Sequence record: SRR22947725_4056
DNA length: 64,000 nucleotides
Reading direction: 5' to 3' (one strand)
Shown: piece by piece, positions 29,392 through 39,545 of the stretch
How positions within the stretch are numbered: the stretch's first letter is position 1
How the letters are laid out: the number at the start of each line of letters is the position of its first letter
Translations under genes and position numbers: made by a program
Notes under the pieces: generated by a model
What the model saw: the letters and a program-made list of their open reading frames with translations, nothing else
Databases searched by the model: none
What the model was told of the DNA's origin: nothing

Positions 29392-30316
29392 CGGCGGGTG
29401 GCCGGAGTTTCGCGTTCCGCGGGTTATCACGGTTATCGACCACCATGCGATTGAGCGGGGGAATGTCGACCTGTCGCTGATCCAGGGAGTCTTTGAGAGC
29501 CCGATACAACGCTCGTTCCGCGGCCCACTGCTCTCCCGCGCGCACTTTGACCACAAGGCGCAGAGTGATGGCCTCCGCTGAAAGAGACTGGATTCCCCAG
29601 ACTTCGGGGTCTTCCACCACTTTTCGTCGCCATTCGGGGGAAGCGGCGAAAGAATTGGCCGACTCGAGGAGGACATTTTGCATTTCGTCAATATTGGATT
29701 CGTAGGGAACCGGCAGGTCCAAGATCACCCGGGACCAATCCTGGGTGTGGTTTCCCACCCGCAAGATTTCACCATTACGAACAAACCACAAAGTTCCGGA
29801 CACATCGCGTATTTCGGTGATGCGGATTCCGACCCGTTCAACAACGCCCTCGGCCATGCCAAGGTCGACAACGTCACCCACTCCCAACTGGTCTTCGAAC
29901 ACCATGAACAAACCGTTCAGGACATCTTTGACAACAGATTGTGCGCCGAAGCCAAGGGCCGCGCCGATGATGCCAGCGCTGGCAACGAGGGCTGTGACGG
30001 AGAAGCCCAGCTCGGACAATACCAAAATGAGGACGATGGAGGCGATGATCCAGGTAGCGGTGTTGTTGAGAACCGAGCCGAGTGTTCGGGCTCTCTGAAC
30101 CGATCGCATCGCTGCCACCGGGCTTGAACTGAGTTCGGTCGTGTCATCGACTTTATGTGTCTTCTTCACCCCGCGGACAACTTCAGCGACGATGCGCTTA
30201 ATGAGAAAGCGGGTCAGAATATTGGCGATAAGACCAGCAAGGAGGACGCCGAGAATCCGAAACAACAGGGTGTATTGCTCGAAGGTTCCTGCTAGCCCCT
30301 CCCACCATGAATCCAT
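29384..30316 (-). CDS. Small-conductance mechanosensitive channel (MscS family)
   Basis: ASAGIIGAALGFGAQSVVKD, GDVV, GVVERVGIRIT, NGEI. Confidence 0.94.
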   Translation of the reverse strand: MDSWWEGLAGTFEQYTLLFRILGVLLAGLIANILTRFLIKRIVAEVVRGVKKTHKVDDTTELSSSPVAAMRSVQRARTLGSVLNNTATWIIASIVLILVLSELGFSVTALVASAGIIGAALGFGAQSVVKDVLNGLFMVFEDQLGVGDVVDLGMAEGVVERVGIRITEIRDVSGTLWFVRNGEILRVGNHTQDWSRVILDLPVPYESNIDEMQNVLLESANSFAASPEWRRKVVEDPEVWGIQSLSAEAITLRLVVKVRAGEQWAAERALYRALKDSLDQRQVDIPPLNRMVVDNRDNPRNAKLRPPADD

Positions 30317-30343
30317 GGCACCATGCTACGCCTGCGCATGCCG

Positions 30344-32890
30344 CTAGCGGTCAAGGGCTTGGACTCGAAGTGCGCGCTCTACGCCCGCAAGGTTCTCCTC
30401 CACGATTCTCCTCAGCGCTGGAATCGCCGGCGCCCCGGCAAGCCATGCCTTCGATGCTGTAACCAGCGGCTCGCCAATAATGGAGCTGGGGTACAGGCCC
30501 TCGGCAAGGTACTCGGCAATCTTGTAGGTCCGTGATGCCCAGAGCTCCTCGAGGGCTTCAAAATACTGCCCGATAAACGGCTCCAAAGTCGTTGGGTCAT
30601 GAGTAGCTGCAAAGCTCATTGACATTGCAGAAACGATGGCGTTTGGTGTCGAGTCAGAGGCCACCAACTGGTCAAAAACCGCCTGCTTCGATGCCAAGGA
30701 GGGGAGAAGGGCGCGTGCTCGCGCTGCCGCCTGAGCGCCGTTGGCAGTGTTATCTGCTGCACGTTCGGCGTCAATCTCTTCGGCACTGCTTGCGCCGGAG
30801 ATACTGAGCCCCGCGAGGAGTTCCCAACGAAGGTCCTGATCGATAGCCAGCCCCTCGAGAATAATTGCCCCCTCCAAGAGGCCCCGAAGCGTGCTCGCAT
30901 GGTTCGGAGTTGAGGAGAGCGAGGAAAAGGATTTCAGCAGCTGGAACTGAGTATCTGAACCGGGCGACGCAGAAGATGTGAGTCCCCACAACGCATCGGC
31001 AACCTCGACGAGCATCGTGGCGCGATGGGCCGGGGCGAGGTAGTTGCGCACCGTGAGAGAAAGTTGGCCGAGACTGGTGCGAACGGTGGTGCTTTCGGTT
31101 TCGTGAGCGATATTTGCCAGCACCAGGTCGATAAATGTCCGAGGGGGAATCTCGGCATCCCGGGTCGAGTCCCAGACGCTCCCCCACACCAGTGACCTCG
31201 CCAGCGGGTCAGCGATGTGTTTCAAGTTCTCGGTGGCGAACGCCAAGGAATCTGCGTCCAGTCGGATCTTTGCGTAGGCCAAGTCCCCGTTGTTAGGAAG
31301 CACGAGGTCTCCGCGGTGCAGCCCCACGAGCGGAGGAATCTCGGTAGAGGCACCATCGATGTCCATCTCTATCGCCTCGGTAGCCACGAGGGCGCCAGAG
31401 TGGTCGGTGGAATAAATTCCCACGCCAATGCGGTGTGGTCGCAGGGTGGGCCAATCGACCGGTGCAGATTGCATCATTGCAGCCCGGGTAATGATTCCCT
31501 CGTGGTCGGTCTCGATATCGAGCGAGAGCGTGTTAACCCCAGCGGTTTCGAGCCACACAGAACTCCACCCAGCGAGCTCACGACCACTAGATTTCTCTAG
31601 CTCCGCCAGGAAATCTTTCAGGACGGCATTTCCCCATTGGTGGCGGGAAAAGTAATTTTGCACCCCGGCAAAGAAGGCGTCCTCGCCTACCCAGGCAACC
31701 AGCTGTTTCAGGACAGAGGCGCCCTTGGCGTAGGTGATGCCATCAAAGTTCACCTGAACATCTTCGATGTCGTTGATGGAGGCAACGATGGGGTGTGTAG
31801 AAGGAAGCTGGTCCTGGCGATAGGCCCAAGATTTTTCCATCGCCTGGAAAGTTGTCCAGGCTCCTGTCCACTCCGTAGCCTCTGCGGTGGCGAGGGTGGA
31901 AGCCCACTCGGCAAAGGATTCGTTTAACCACAGGTCATTCCACCACCGCATCGTTACCAAGTCGCCAAACCACATGTGAGCGAGTTCGTGAAGGATCGTC
32001 ACCACTCGACGCTCTCGCATGGCATCAGAGACTTGGGAGCGGAAGATATAGGCCTCGGTGAAGGTCACAGCCCCCGCGTTCTCCATGGCTCCGGCGTTAA
32101 ATTCTGGCGTGAAGATTTGGTCGTATTTGTCGAAGGGGTAAGGGTGACCAAACTTCTCTTCGTAAAAGGTGAAGCCCTTTTTTGTGGTCGCAAAAATGTA
32201 GTCGGCGTCCAAGTAGGGAAACAGCGAGGCTCGCGCGAACACGCCTAGCGGAATGGTTTTGCCGCTTGAGGAAACGAGTTCGTCAGAGACCTGCTCGTAG
32301 GGGCCGGCGATGACAGCAGTGATGTAGGAGGAGATGCGGGGAGTGGGAGAGAAGAACCAGGTGGCGCCACCCTCGCAGGCTTCGGAGCTTTCAGCAGATT
32401 GATTAGAGATCACGCGCCAATGGCCAGGGGCGTGGACAGTGAATTGGAAGGTCGCCTTAAGGTCGGGTTGTTCAAAAACGGCAAACACCCGACGAGAGTC
32501 GGGGACTTCGAATTGGGAGTAGAGATATACCTCGTTGTCCACCGGGTCCACAAAACGGTGGAGCCCCTCGCCCGTGTTCATGTAGGCGAAATCAGCCTCA
32601 ACTATCAGGGTGTTATTCGCGAGAAGGTTCGTCAGGGAAATACGAGAATCAGCAAATACTTCGGCGGGGTTCAGAGATTCTCCATTGAGGGTGATCGAAT
32701 GAACTGCGGAAGCAATTGCGTCAACAAAGGTTTCTTTCTCCCCCTCGGAGACAAAGGTAATTTTCGTGATCGTCCGAAAGGTGGGCGACGTCAAAGCGTC
32801 ACGGACATCGATGTCAATGGCATAGGACTTGACGGTGATGTGTCCTGAACGGGTGAGGGCCTCGCGGCGCGTGAGGTTTTCTCCAGGCAT
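30344..32890 (-). CDS. pepN: Aminopeptidase N (M1)
   Basis: GAMEN, HELAHMWFGDLVTM...LWLNE, YAKG. Confidence 0.98.
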   Translation of the reverse strand: MPGENLTRREALTRSGHITVKSYAIDIDVRDALTSPTFRTITKITFVSEGEKETFVDAIASAVHSITLNGESLNPAEVFADSRISLTNLLANNTLIVEADFAYMNTGEGLHRFVDPVDNEVYLYSQFEVPDSRRVFAVFEQPDLKATFQFTVHAPGHWRVISNQSAESSEACEGGATWFFSPTPRISSYITAVIAGPYEQVSDELVSSSGKTIPLGVFARASLFPYLDADYIFATTKKGFTFYEEKFGHPYPFDKYDQIFTPEFNAGAMENAGAVTFTEAYIFRSQVSDAMRERRVVTILHELAHMWFGDLVTMRWWNDLWLNESFAEWASTLATAEATEWTGAWTTFQAMEKSWAYRQDQLPSTHPIVASINDIEDVQVNFDGITYAKGASVLKQLVAWVGEDAFFAGVQNYFSRHQWGNAVLKDFLAELEKSSGRELAGWSSVWLETAGVNTLSLDIETDHEGIITRAAMMQSAPVDWPTLRPHRIGVGIYSTDHSGALVATEAIEMDIDGASTEIPPLVGLHRGDLVLPNNGDLAYAKIRLDADSLAFATENLKHIADPLARSLVWGSVWDSTRDAEIPPRTFIDLVLANIAHETESTTVRTSLGQLSLTVRNYLAPAHRATMLVEVADALWGLTSSASPGSDTQFQLLKSFSSLSSTPNHASTLRGLLEGAIILEGLAIDQDLRWELLAGLSISGASSAEEIDAERAADNTANGAQAAARARALLPSLASKQAVFDQLVASDSTPNAIVSAMSMSFAATHDPTTLEPFIGQYFEALEELWASRTYKIAEYLAEGLYPSSIIGEPLVTASKAWLAGAPAIPALRRIVEENLAGVERALRVQALDR

Positions 32891-32975
32891 GGCGGAACTC
32901 CTTGATAGTGCTGGGTGTGAGCACGCCCCTATGAGCGTTGACCTACAGTGTAAAACCTCGGACTAGGGGTGGAAA

Positions 32976-34118
32976 CTAGGCCTTGCTGGATTCGGAATCA
33001 ACCGTCACGGGCATTGCCTCTTCCACATCTTCTTCGACGGTGGCTCCGCTACCAGCAATAGGCTTCGTTCCCCCACCAATCTTTGGTGGCGGGAACGCAG
33101 TGATCTCCAGGTCAACTTCGGTAACTGCCTGGCGCATGCGCTGCAGGTATTCGTTGAGATAACCCTGTTGGCGGCGAAGGTCGCTCAACTGGCTCTCGGT
33201 GTCAGAGAGCATGTTTCCCACCAAGTCTTCAGTGTCGCGAGAAATCGAGCGCGAGCGCTGGACCGTTTCCGAGATAAGACGCTCGGCATAGGTTCTGGCT
33301 TCCAAGGTGAGCTCGTCCGTGCGCCGTTGAGCCGATTCGAGAACGGTGTCGGCTTCCTGACCGAGGTCCTGAGCGCGCTCGGCAGCTTTCTGGACGTGCT
33401 CGTCAGCCTGCTGGTAGGCCTTCTGCGCGTAATTATCAGCTTCTTCATGAATGGCCGCGCGCGCACGTTCGGCCTCATCGATTTGTTGACGAATGCTGGA
33501 ATCGGTTGCCACAGCACGCTCTTGAGCAGCGTGGAGTAATTCTGACGCTTCACGCTTCACCTGCTCCACCTGGCGGGAAGCTTCGGCCTTGATTTCCGAA
33601 ACCTGTTTCTCAGCCTGGCTAAGCATGGTCGCAGACGCACGCTCAGCCCTGGTGCGCGTATTCGTGGCCTTTGCAATTTCGTCGGCGGCCTGCTGGCGAA
33701 GTTGCGCTGCCTCTCGCTCAGTTTCTAGCCGCAAATCTTCCGAGGTTCGTTGGGCGTCGGAGAGGATTTTCCGCGAGTCTTTCGCCGCAGATTCCCGCAC
33801 CCGCGTCGCTTCGCTTCGGGCATTGCCCAATGCTTCAGCTGCTTCTGCTGCCGCTTCTTGGGTAATCTTTCCCGACTGCTCTTCTGCCAGACGAAGGGTC
33901 TCTTCGAAGGCTGAGCCCAGTTCGGCAAAGCTTGGTTTCGCGCGGCCTGCCTTTTCGTTGGCATCGGTGATATCGCGGTTGAGACGCTGGATTGTCCGGG
34001 CGTTCTCTGCGCGCTCGTTCTCGAGGCGCTCAAGGCGGTCGCTCAAGTCGCTGACATACCGAGCGACATCATCGGTGTCGTAGCCGCGGACGACGCGACG
34101 GAATTCGGGAACAGACAT
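32976..34118 (-). CDS. DivIVA-domain long coiled-coil protein (FilP/Scy-like)
   Basis: N-terminal FRRVVRGYDTDDV, SFAELG...LRLAEEQ, ~300 aa A/E/R/Q-rich coiled coil; SD AAGGAG. Confidence 0.8.
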   Translation of the reverse strand: MSVPEFRRVVRGYDTDDVARYVSDLSDRLERLENERAENARTIQRLNRDITDANEKAGRAKPSFAELGSAFEETLRLAEEQSGKITQEAAAEAAEALGNARSEATRVRESAAKDSRKILSDAQRTSEDLRLETEREAAQLRQQAADEIAKATNTRTRAERASATMLSQAEKQVSEIKAEASRQVEQVKREASELLHAAQERAVATDSSIRQQIDEAERARAAIHEEADNYAQKAYQQADEHVQKAAERAQDLGQEADTVLESAQRRTDELTLEARTYAERLISETVQRSRSISRDTEDLVGNMLSDTESQLSDLRRQQGYLNEYLQRMRQAVTEVDLEITAFPPPKIGGGTKPIAGSGATVEEDVEEAMPVTVDSESSKA

Positions 34119-34233
34119 TGTTGGACTCCTTGCTAAAATATGCTTCTAAGGATAGGGCAAAACATCGCTCGGTGGGGCTTAAAATAAAATCGTTACACAG
34201 CCCTGGGGGACAAAGAATTTATACACTGGGACT

Positions 34234-34722
34234 ATGCGCATCCACATTGCCACAGACCATGCAGGCTTGGAATTTAGCCGAGATCTCGCCGAGCACCTTG
34301 AGCTGTCTGGTCACGAGGTCATCGACCATGGGCCAGAGAGCTTTGATGCACTCGATGATTACCCCAGTTTTTGCATCAGTGCAGCCTTGAATGTTGCTCG
34401 GGACCTCGCGGCGGGAACCCCCGCGTTGGGAGTTGTTTTCGGCGGTTCGGGCAACGGTGAACAAATGGCCGCCAACAAGGTCGAAGGTGTACGGGCTGCT
34501 TTGGTGTGGAGTGTAAATACCGCTGTGCTCGCGCGCGAACACAACGACGCCAACGTCTGCGCAATAGGGGCGCGACAGCACAGCATTGATGAAGCCTTGC
34601 TGTTCATCGACACCTTCATTCGCACGCCCTTCAGTGGCGACGAAAGACACGTGCGACGCATCGCGCAGATGAAAGAATACGAATCAACCCGAGCCATTGC
34701 CGGTTTCTCCTTGGGACACTAA
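34234..34722 (+). CDS. rpiB: Ribose-5-phosphate isomerase B
   Basis: DHAG, DDYP, GGSGNGE, AANKV, AREHNDAN, RHVRRI. Confidence 0.96.
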   Translation: MRIHIATDHAGLEFSRDLAEHLELSGHEVIDHGPESFDALDDYPSFCISAALNVARDLAAGTPALGVVFGGSGNGEQMAANKVEGVRAALVWSVNTAVLAREHNDANVCAIGARQHSIDEALLFIDTFIRTPFSGDERHVRRIAQMKEYESTRAIAGFSLGH

Positions 34723-34728
34723 CTCCGC

Positions 34729-35646
34729 ATGCCCGAGGGTCACACCGTTCACCGGGTTGCCAACCTATTTTCCGAACTCTTCCTGGGGCGAGTCCTCAAA
34801 GCCGAGTCACCCCAGGGTCGCTTCAGCGCAGGCGCAACTCTTCTCTCAGGTGCGACTCTTGCCACGTCGCAGGCGGTCGGGAAACAGCTCTTTCTTGGCT
34901 TCGATAACGATGCAGTCCTGCGGGTGCACCTGGGAATCTATGGCGCATGGGATGTTACGACGCTGGCCGGGAACAGCGCTCGGGCAGGGTCCGCAGCAGC
35001 CGCCTCGTTAGGCGCGCCTCGCTCGACCAGGCAGCGAATCGGTGAATCTGACTCGCTGAGCGATCCCGATGAACCTTTTCCTCCGGCACCCAGGGGACAG
35101 GTGCGCTTGCGTTTGGAAACACCCGACGCGGTCGCAGACTTGCGGGGCCCCACGGCGTGTGAGGTGCTCACCCCGGAACAGGCTCAGCAGGTGAAGGAGC
35201 GTTTAGGACCCGACCCGTTAGTGAACACGGGAATTCGAGGTGAGCGGGAATTCGTCCGCCGAGTGGGCGCAACCAAACGCGCCATTGGCGTGGTGTTGAT
35301 GGATCAGAGTGTGGTCAGTGGCATTGGCAATGTGTATCGCGCAGAGATCCTGTTTCGCCACGGATTAGACCCCCACCGCCCTGCCGCAGCGCTGGCTACA
35401 GACACCGCCCGAGCGCTCTGGAAAGACTGGACACAGCTGTTGAAGAGGGGAGTAAGAACCGGGGTGATGATGACCAGGGATGATCTCACTGCCGCTCAAC
35501 AGGCCTCGGCGCTTCGCTCTTCGGCCAACCGCTATTTTGTGTATAAACGAGAGGGTCGTCCCTGCCGGGCCTGCGGCACTGCGGTCTTGCTGGAAATGAT
35601 GGCCGCTCGAAAGCTCTATTACTGCCCCTCCTGTCAGACTTCGTGA
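34729..35646 (+). CDS. nei: Fpg/Nei family DNA glycosylase (endonuclease VIII-like)
   Basis: N-terminal PEGH, GKQ, HLG, GIGNVYRAE H2TH, C-terminal CRAC...CPSCQ zinc finger. Confidence 0.92.
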   Translation: MPEGHTVHRVANLFSELFLGRVLKAESPQGRFSAGATLLSGATLATSQAVGKQLFLGFDNDAVLRVHLGIYGAWDVTTLAGNSARAGSAAAASLGAPRSTRQRIGESDSLSDPDEPFPPAPRGQVRLRLETPDAVADLRGPTACEVLTPEQAQQVKERLGPDPLVNTGIRGEREFVRRVGATKRAIGVVLMDQSVVSGIGNVYRAEILFRHGLDPHRPAAALATDTARALWKDWTQLLKRGVRTGVMMTRDDLTAAQQASALRSSANRYFVYKREGRPCRACGTAVLLEMMAARKLYYCPSCQTS

Positions 35647-35656
35647 AAGTAGCGCC

Positions 35657-37168
35657 ATGATTCTCTCCCACGTCATCCGTGATTCTCATCGCGAAGAGGG
35701 CGCTGTGGACATCGTTGTCGAGGATGGTGTTATCACAGGGATATTTCCTGCCGGCACTGCCACACCGGCGGACCACCGTGTCATCGACCTCGATGGCCGA
35801 ATCGTGATTCCCGGTTTGTGGGATGAACACGTGCACTTTAGCTTTTGGTCACAACACCGCAAAAGGATCTCCCTTGCCTCTGCCACTTCAGCCGCGCAGG
35901 CTGTTGCCATGATGGCCCAAGCCGTGGCCGACAACCTCGCCTCCCCAGAACCTGATTCAGTGGTTATTGGTGGGGAGTATCGAGATGGCTTGTGGAAGGA
36001 CTCCAAGTCTCTGGTGCTCCTGGATGAAGCCACCGGGGACAACCCGGTGGCTTTGGCTTCGGTTGATGTGCATTCGGGCTGGCTGAACAGCGCCGCTCTG
36101 TCCCTTCTTCAGGTGACCGACCACGACGAACAGGGCGTTATTCGAGAGCGCCCCTGGTTCCAGCTCACGCAGCGTCTGTCCGCGAACTCTGAGACAACTC
36201 TGGATGGCTGGGTGCTGGAGGCCGCCCACGAGGCCGCATCCCGCGGAGTCGTGGGGATTGTTGACTTTGAAATGGGGTATTCCCTGCCGGATTGGGTCCG
36301 GCGGCAAGCATCCAACGAGGGCCCCTATCCGCTCCAAGTGGAGGCGGCGGTCTATCCCGATGATCTTGAGCGGGCGCTTGAGGAGGGAATGATCAGTGGG
36401 GTGAAGCTGGGTGAAGCAATTACGGTGGGGCCATTCAAGATCATCACAGATGGGTCTCTCAACACGCGCACCGCGCACTGCGTGGAGCCCTACCTCGCCG
36501 TGGAGGGCGAAGAGTATGGCGCCATGAACTTTCCGCCCGAGGAAATTGAGGCACTTCTCACGAAGGCGCACGCCGCAGGATTTTGGCTGGCCGTTCATGC
36601 CATTGGCGATGAAGCCAACCGGATTATTTTGGACATCATTGAACGTCACCACCTGACCGGGCGCATTGAGCACGCACAGCTGGTGCGCGAGGCAGATTTC
36701 CCGCGGTTTGCATCGCTTGGCATCATCGCCAGTGTTCAACCCGAACACGCGATCGATGATCGCGATGTGACAGACGTGTACTGGGCTGATCGAGCAGATC
36801 GTGCCTTTGCGCTTCGCACCCTTGTGGATAGTGGTGCCACCTTGGCATTGGGCTCGGACGCTCCGGTGTCCCCGCTAGATCCGTGGATTGAAATTGCCGC
36901 TGCGGTGACGAGAACCAGAGATGGCCGGGCGCCCTGGCACCTGGCGGGAGGATTGAGCTTTGATGAAGCGCTGAGTTCGTCGACCCGGACCACTCTGGAA
37001 GTGGGACAGAGCGCCAATATTGTTGCCCTCGAAGCCGACCCACGGTGGCTTCTGGAAGCCCTCGGATCAGATATGCCAAAGGCCAGTAATGCGCTCCGGG
37101 GGATGGGTATTGCGCTAACGGTGAGCAGGGGAGTCGTCACCCACGACAACTCGCAAAAGAGGGGATGA
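35657..37168 (+). CDS. Amidohydrolase 3 family protein (YtcJ-like)
   Basis: PGLWDEHVH, KIITDGSL, HAIGD, RIEHAQ, GSDAPV. Confidence 0.92.
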   Translation: MILSHVIRDSHREEGAVDIVVEDGVITGIFPAGTATPADHRVIDLDGRIVIPGLWDEHVHFSFWSQHRKRISLASATSAAQAVAMMAQAVADNLASPEPDSVVIGGEYRDGLWKDSKSLVLLDEATGDNPVALASVDVHSGWLNSAALSLLQVTDHDEQGVIRERPWFQLTQRLSANSETTLDGWVLEAAHEAASRGVVGIVDFEMGYSLPDWVRRQASNEGPYPLQVEAAVYPDDLERALEEGMISGVKLGEAITVGPFKIITDGSLNTRTAHCVEPYLAVEGEEYGAMNFPPEEIEALLTKAHAAGFWLAVHAIGDEANRIILDIIERHHLTGRIEHAQLVREADFPRFASLGIIASVQPEHAIDDRDVTDVYWADRADRAFALRTLVDSGATLALGSDAPVSPLDPWIEIAAAVTRTRDGRAPWHLAGGLSFDEALSSSTRTTLEVGQSANIVALEADPRWLLEALGSDMPKASNALRGMGIALTVSRGVVTHDNSQKRG

Positions 37169-37230
37169 CGGGAATCGAACCCGCGCCATCAGTTTGGAAA
37201 ACTGAGGCTCTACCATTGAGCTACATCCCC
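37160..37230 (-). tRNA. tRNA-Gly(TCC)
   Basis: GGGGATG/CATCCCC acceptor with U73, anticodon arm TCAGT-TTTCCAA-ACTGA, GGTTCGATTCC; CCA not encoded. Confidence 0.97.
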
Positions 37231-37376
37231 GCAGGGAACTTCTTCAGCCTCGATGTTAGCGCATCGGCTGACTACCGGTTTTCGAAAGACGGGGAACCGG
37301 CTAGACTCTACGAGGTTGTTTCACCGGGCGCGGCTCTCCAGGCTGTGCCTCACAAAAGTGGAATGTGCCGGGCCAT

Positions 37377-37450
37377 CGGGGCGTAGCTCAGCTTGGTAGA
37401 GCGCCCGCTTTGGGAGCGGGAAGTCGCAGGTTCGAATCCTGTCGCCCCGA
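37377..37450 (+). tRNA. tRNA-Pro(TGG)
   Basis: CGGGGCG/CGCCCCG acceptor with A73, CCCGC-TTTGGGA-GCGGG anticodon arm, GTTCGAATC; CCA not encoded. Confidence 0.97.
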
Positions 37451-37485
37451 CGGAGAACACCATCACAACAACGGGAGAAAAAGTT

Positions 37486-38835
37486 TTGCCAACGACCACC
37501 AAAGAATCCCTCAGCCCCACCCGGGTCCGCCTCACCATCACGGTGACACCGGAAGAGCTGAAGCCAAGCCTCGACCATGCGTATCAGCACATCGCCGAGG
37601 AAATGAACATCCCAGGTTTCCGTAAAGGCAAGGTTCCTCCCCCCATCATCGACCAGCGCGTCGGTCGCGGTGAAGTTCTCAACCACGCCGTGAGCGAGGG
37701 CCTCGATCGCTATTTCCAGGCCGCCGTCCAGGAAGAAAAGATTCGCACTCTCGGTCAGCCCCAGGCTGACGTCACCACGTGGCCGTCAGACAAAGATTTC
37801 TCCGGTGACTTGGTGGTGTCCGTTGAGGTCGACGTGCGTCCAGATTTCACCTTGCCTGCCTTTGCCAAGTACACCCTCGAGGTCGAGCCGGTTGTCGTGT
37901 CGAAAGAAGACGTTGAGTCAGATTTGGATGATCTGCGGGCTCGCTTTGGTAACCTCGTGACGATCGATCGTCCCATCAAGACGGGTGATTTCGTCCAGAT
38001 TGACCTGGAAGCCACCATCGGTGAAAACACGATTGATAGCGCGAGCTCGATTAGCTATGAGGTGGGCTCCGGACAGCTCATCGACGGAATCGATGATGCC
38101 CTCGACACTCTCACCGCTGGTGAATCAACCACGTTTGAATCGAAGCTTTTGGGGGGCGATCACGAAGGTTCGATGGCTCAGATTGCTCTCACGGTATTGA
38201 GCGTCAAGGAACGGGAATTACCCGAGGCTGATGACGACTTTGCGCAAATTGCGAGCCAATTCGACACCATCAAAGAACTTCGTGACGACGTAGCAGCCCA
38301 AGTAGAGCGCCGGGGAGTGTTCAAGCAGGCGCAGCAAGCCCGCGACGCACTCGTGGAAAAGATGCTTGGCGACATTGACCTGCCACTTCCCCAAGGGGTG
38401 GTGGATGCGGAGGTCAACAGACACCTCGAGGGCGAAAACCGCTTGGACGATGATGTCCACCGCAAGGAAGTAATCGAGTCAACGGAGAAGTCCCTCCGAA
38501 GCCAGCTCATGCTGGATGCTCTAGTGGAATCGCTCGAGGTCGAGGTTGGTCAGGAGGAGCTCACTCAGTATCTGATGCAGTCCGCGAGCCAGTACGGCAT
38601 GGAACCCTCGGAGTTCATCCAGAGCTTGCAAGAGAATAATCAGATTCCCTCGATGGTCGGAGAAGTGGCCCGTTCGAAGTCGCTCTCCGTCGCTTTGGCC
38701 CAGGTGAGCGTGAAGGACACTAAGGGCAAGAAGGTTGACCTCAGCAGCGTCACCAACACCGGCGAAGATTCTGTCGAGGCAGCAATCGCGCAGGCTGTTG
38801 CAGACAGCTCTGGGGAAGACGACCACGACCACTAA
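37486..38835 (+). CDS. tig: Trigger factor
   Basis: [10 protein letters not shown] ribosome-binding motif; TTG 37486 after SD GGAG; tRNA-Pro-tig-clpP synteny. Confidence 0.97.
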   Translation: MPTTTKESLSPTRVRLTITVTPEELKPSLDHAYQHIAEEMNIPGFRKGKVPPPIIDQRVGRGEVLNHAVSEGLDRYFQAAVQEEKIRTLGQPQADVTTWPSDKDFSGDLVVSVEVDVRPDFTLPAFAKYTLEVEPVVVSKEDVESDLDDLRARFGNLVTIDRPIKTGDFVQIDLEATIGENTIDSASSISYEVGSGQLIDGIDDALDTLTAGESTTFESKLLGGDHEGSMAQIALTVLSVKERELPEADDDFAQIASQFDTIKELRDDVAAQVERRGVFKQAQQARDALVEKMLGDIDLPLPQGVVDAEVNRHLEGENRLDDDVHRKEVIESTEKSLRSQLMLDALVESLEVEVGQEELTQYLMQSASQYGMEPSEFIQSLQENNQIPSMVGEVARSKSLSVALAQVSVKDTKGKKVDLSSVTNTGEDSVEAAIAQAVADSSGEDDHDH

Positions 38836-38841
38836 GCCCAC

Positions 38842-38858
38842 TCTGCCGAGGGCGAACA
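38842..38858 (+). promoter_or_regulatory. Putative ClgR activator box upstream of clpP1
   Basis: TGC-CGAGG-GCGAAC, one mismatch to CGC-N5-GCGAAC; -10-like TACTCT at 38886-38891. Confidence 0.6.
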
Positions 38859-38937
38859 CGTGCGTGTGTGAATCACCCGCCCCGGTACTCTCGAGGGACC
38901 GCGCAAGTTGGCCATGGAGGAGAGCAACAAAGTGACG

Positions 38938-39534
38938 ATGTCTGAAAGCATGATGCAACCAAATGTCTTTGACCGGTTGCTGAAAGATCGCATCATTTGG
39001 CTGGGTTCTGAGGTTCGCGATGACAACGCAAACGAAATCGCAGCGAAGCTTCTGCTGCTTGCCGCAGAGGACCCCGAGAAGGACATCTATCTCTACATCA
39101 ACTCTCCCGGTGGCTCCATCACCGCGGGTATGGCGATCTATGACACCATGCAGTTTGTTCCCAATGACATCGTGACTGTTGGTATCGGAATGGCGGCTTC
39201 GATGGGTCAGTTGCTCCTTACCGCTGGAACCAAGGGAAAGCGCTACATCACCCCTAACGCGCGTGTTCTTCTCCACCAACCGCACGGCGGCTTCGGTGGC
39301 ACGGCGAGCGATATTCAAACTCAGGCGCACCTCATCAACGACATGAAGAAGCGGCTCGCTCAAATCACGGCCGAGGCGACCGGCAAGACTTTGGAACAAA
39401 TTACCGAAGACGGCGACCGTGATCGTTGGTTTAGTGCAGATGAAGCCCTGGAATATGGATTTGTTGATCACATCCGCGCTTCCGCCAGCGACGTTGTTGG
39501 CGGCGGCGGAACCGAGCAGGGCAAGAAGAAGTAG
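38938..39534 (+). CDS. clpP1: ATP-dependent Clp protease proteolytic subunit 1
   Basis: [24 protein letters not shown] (Ser), HQP, DRD; start could be GTG 38932. Confidence 0.97.
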   Translation: MSESMMQPNVFDRLLKDRIIWLGSEVRDDNANEIAAKLLLLAAEDPEKDIYLYINSPGGSITAGMAIYDTMQFVPNDIVTVGIGMAASMGQLLLTAGTKGKRYITPNARVLLHQPHGGFGGTASDIQTQAHLINDMKKRLAQITAEATGKTLEQITEDGDRDRWFSADEALEYGFVDHIRASASDVVGGGGTEQGKKK

Positions 39535-39545
39535 GCAGGATAGAG

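Noticed and set aside
29392..29691. 100-aa N-terminal extension of the globin
   Set aside because: Alternative frame inside mscS; the globin fold starts at MTNPGS.
37160..37450. tRNAs as attachment sites of an integrated element
   Set aside because: No integrase, no duplicated tRNA 3' end noticed, and the flanks are core genes.
37165..37686. Small ORFs over the tRNAs and the 37393 start for tig
   Set aside because: Translations of tRNA sequence (e.g. MTGIEPA, GFEPATS); tig starts at 37486.
35957..39471. Minus-strand ORFs 35957-36748 and 38521-39471
   Set aside because: Shadows of the amidohydrolase, tig and clpP1.
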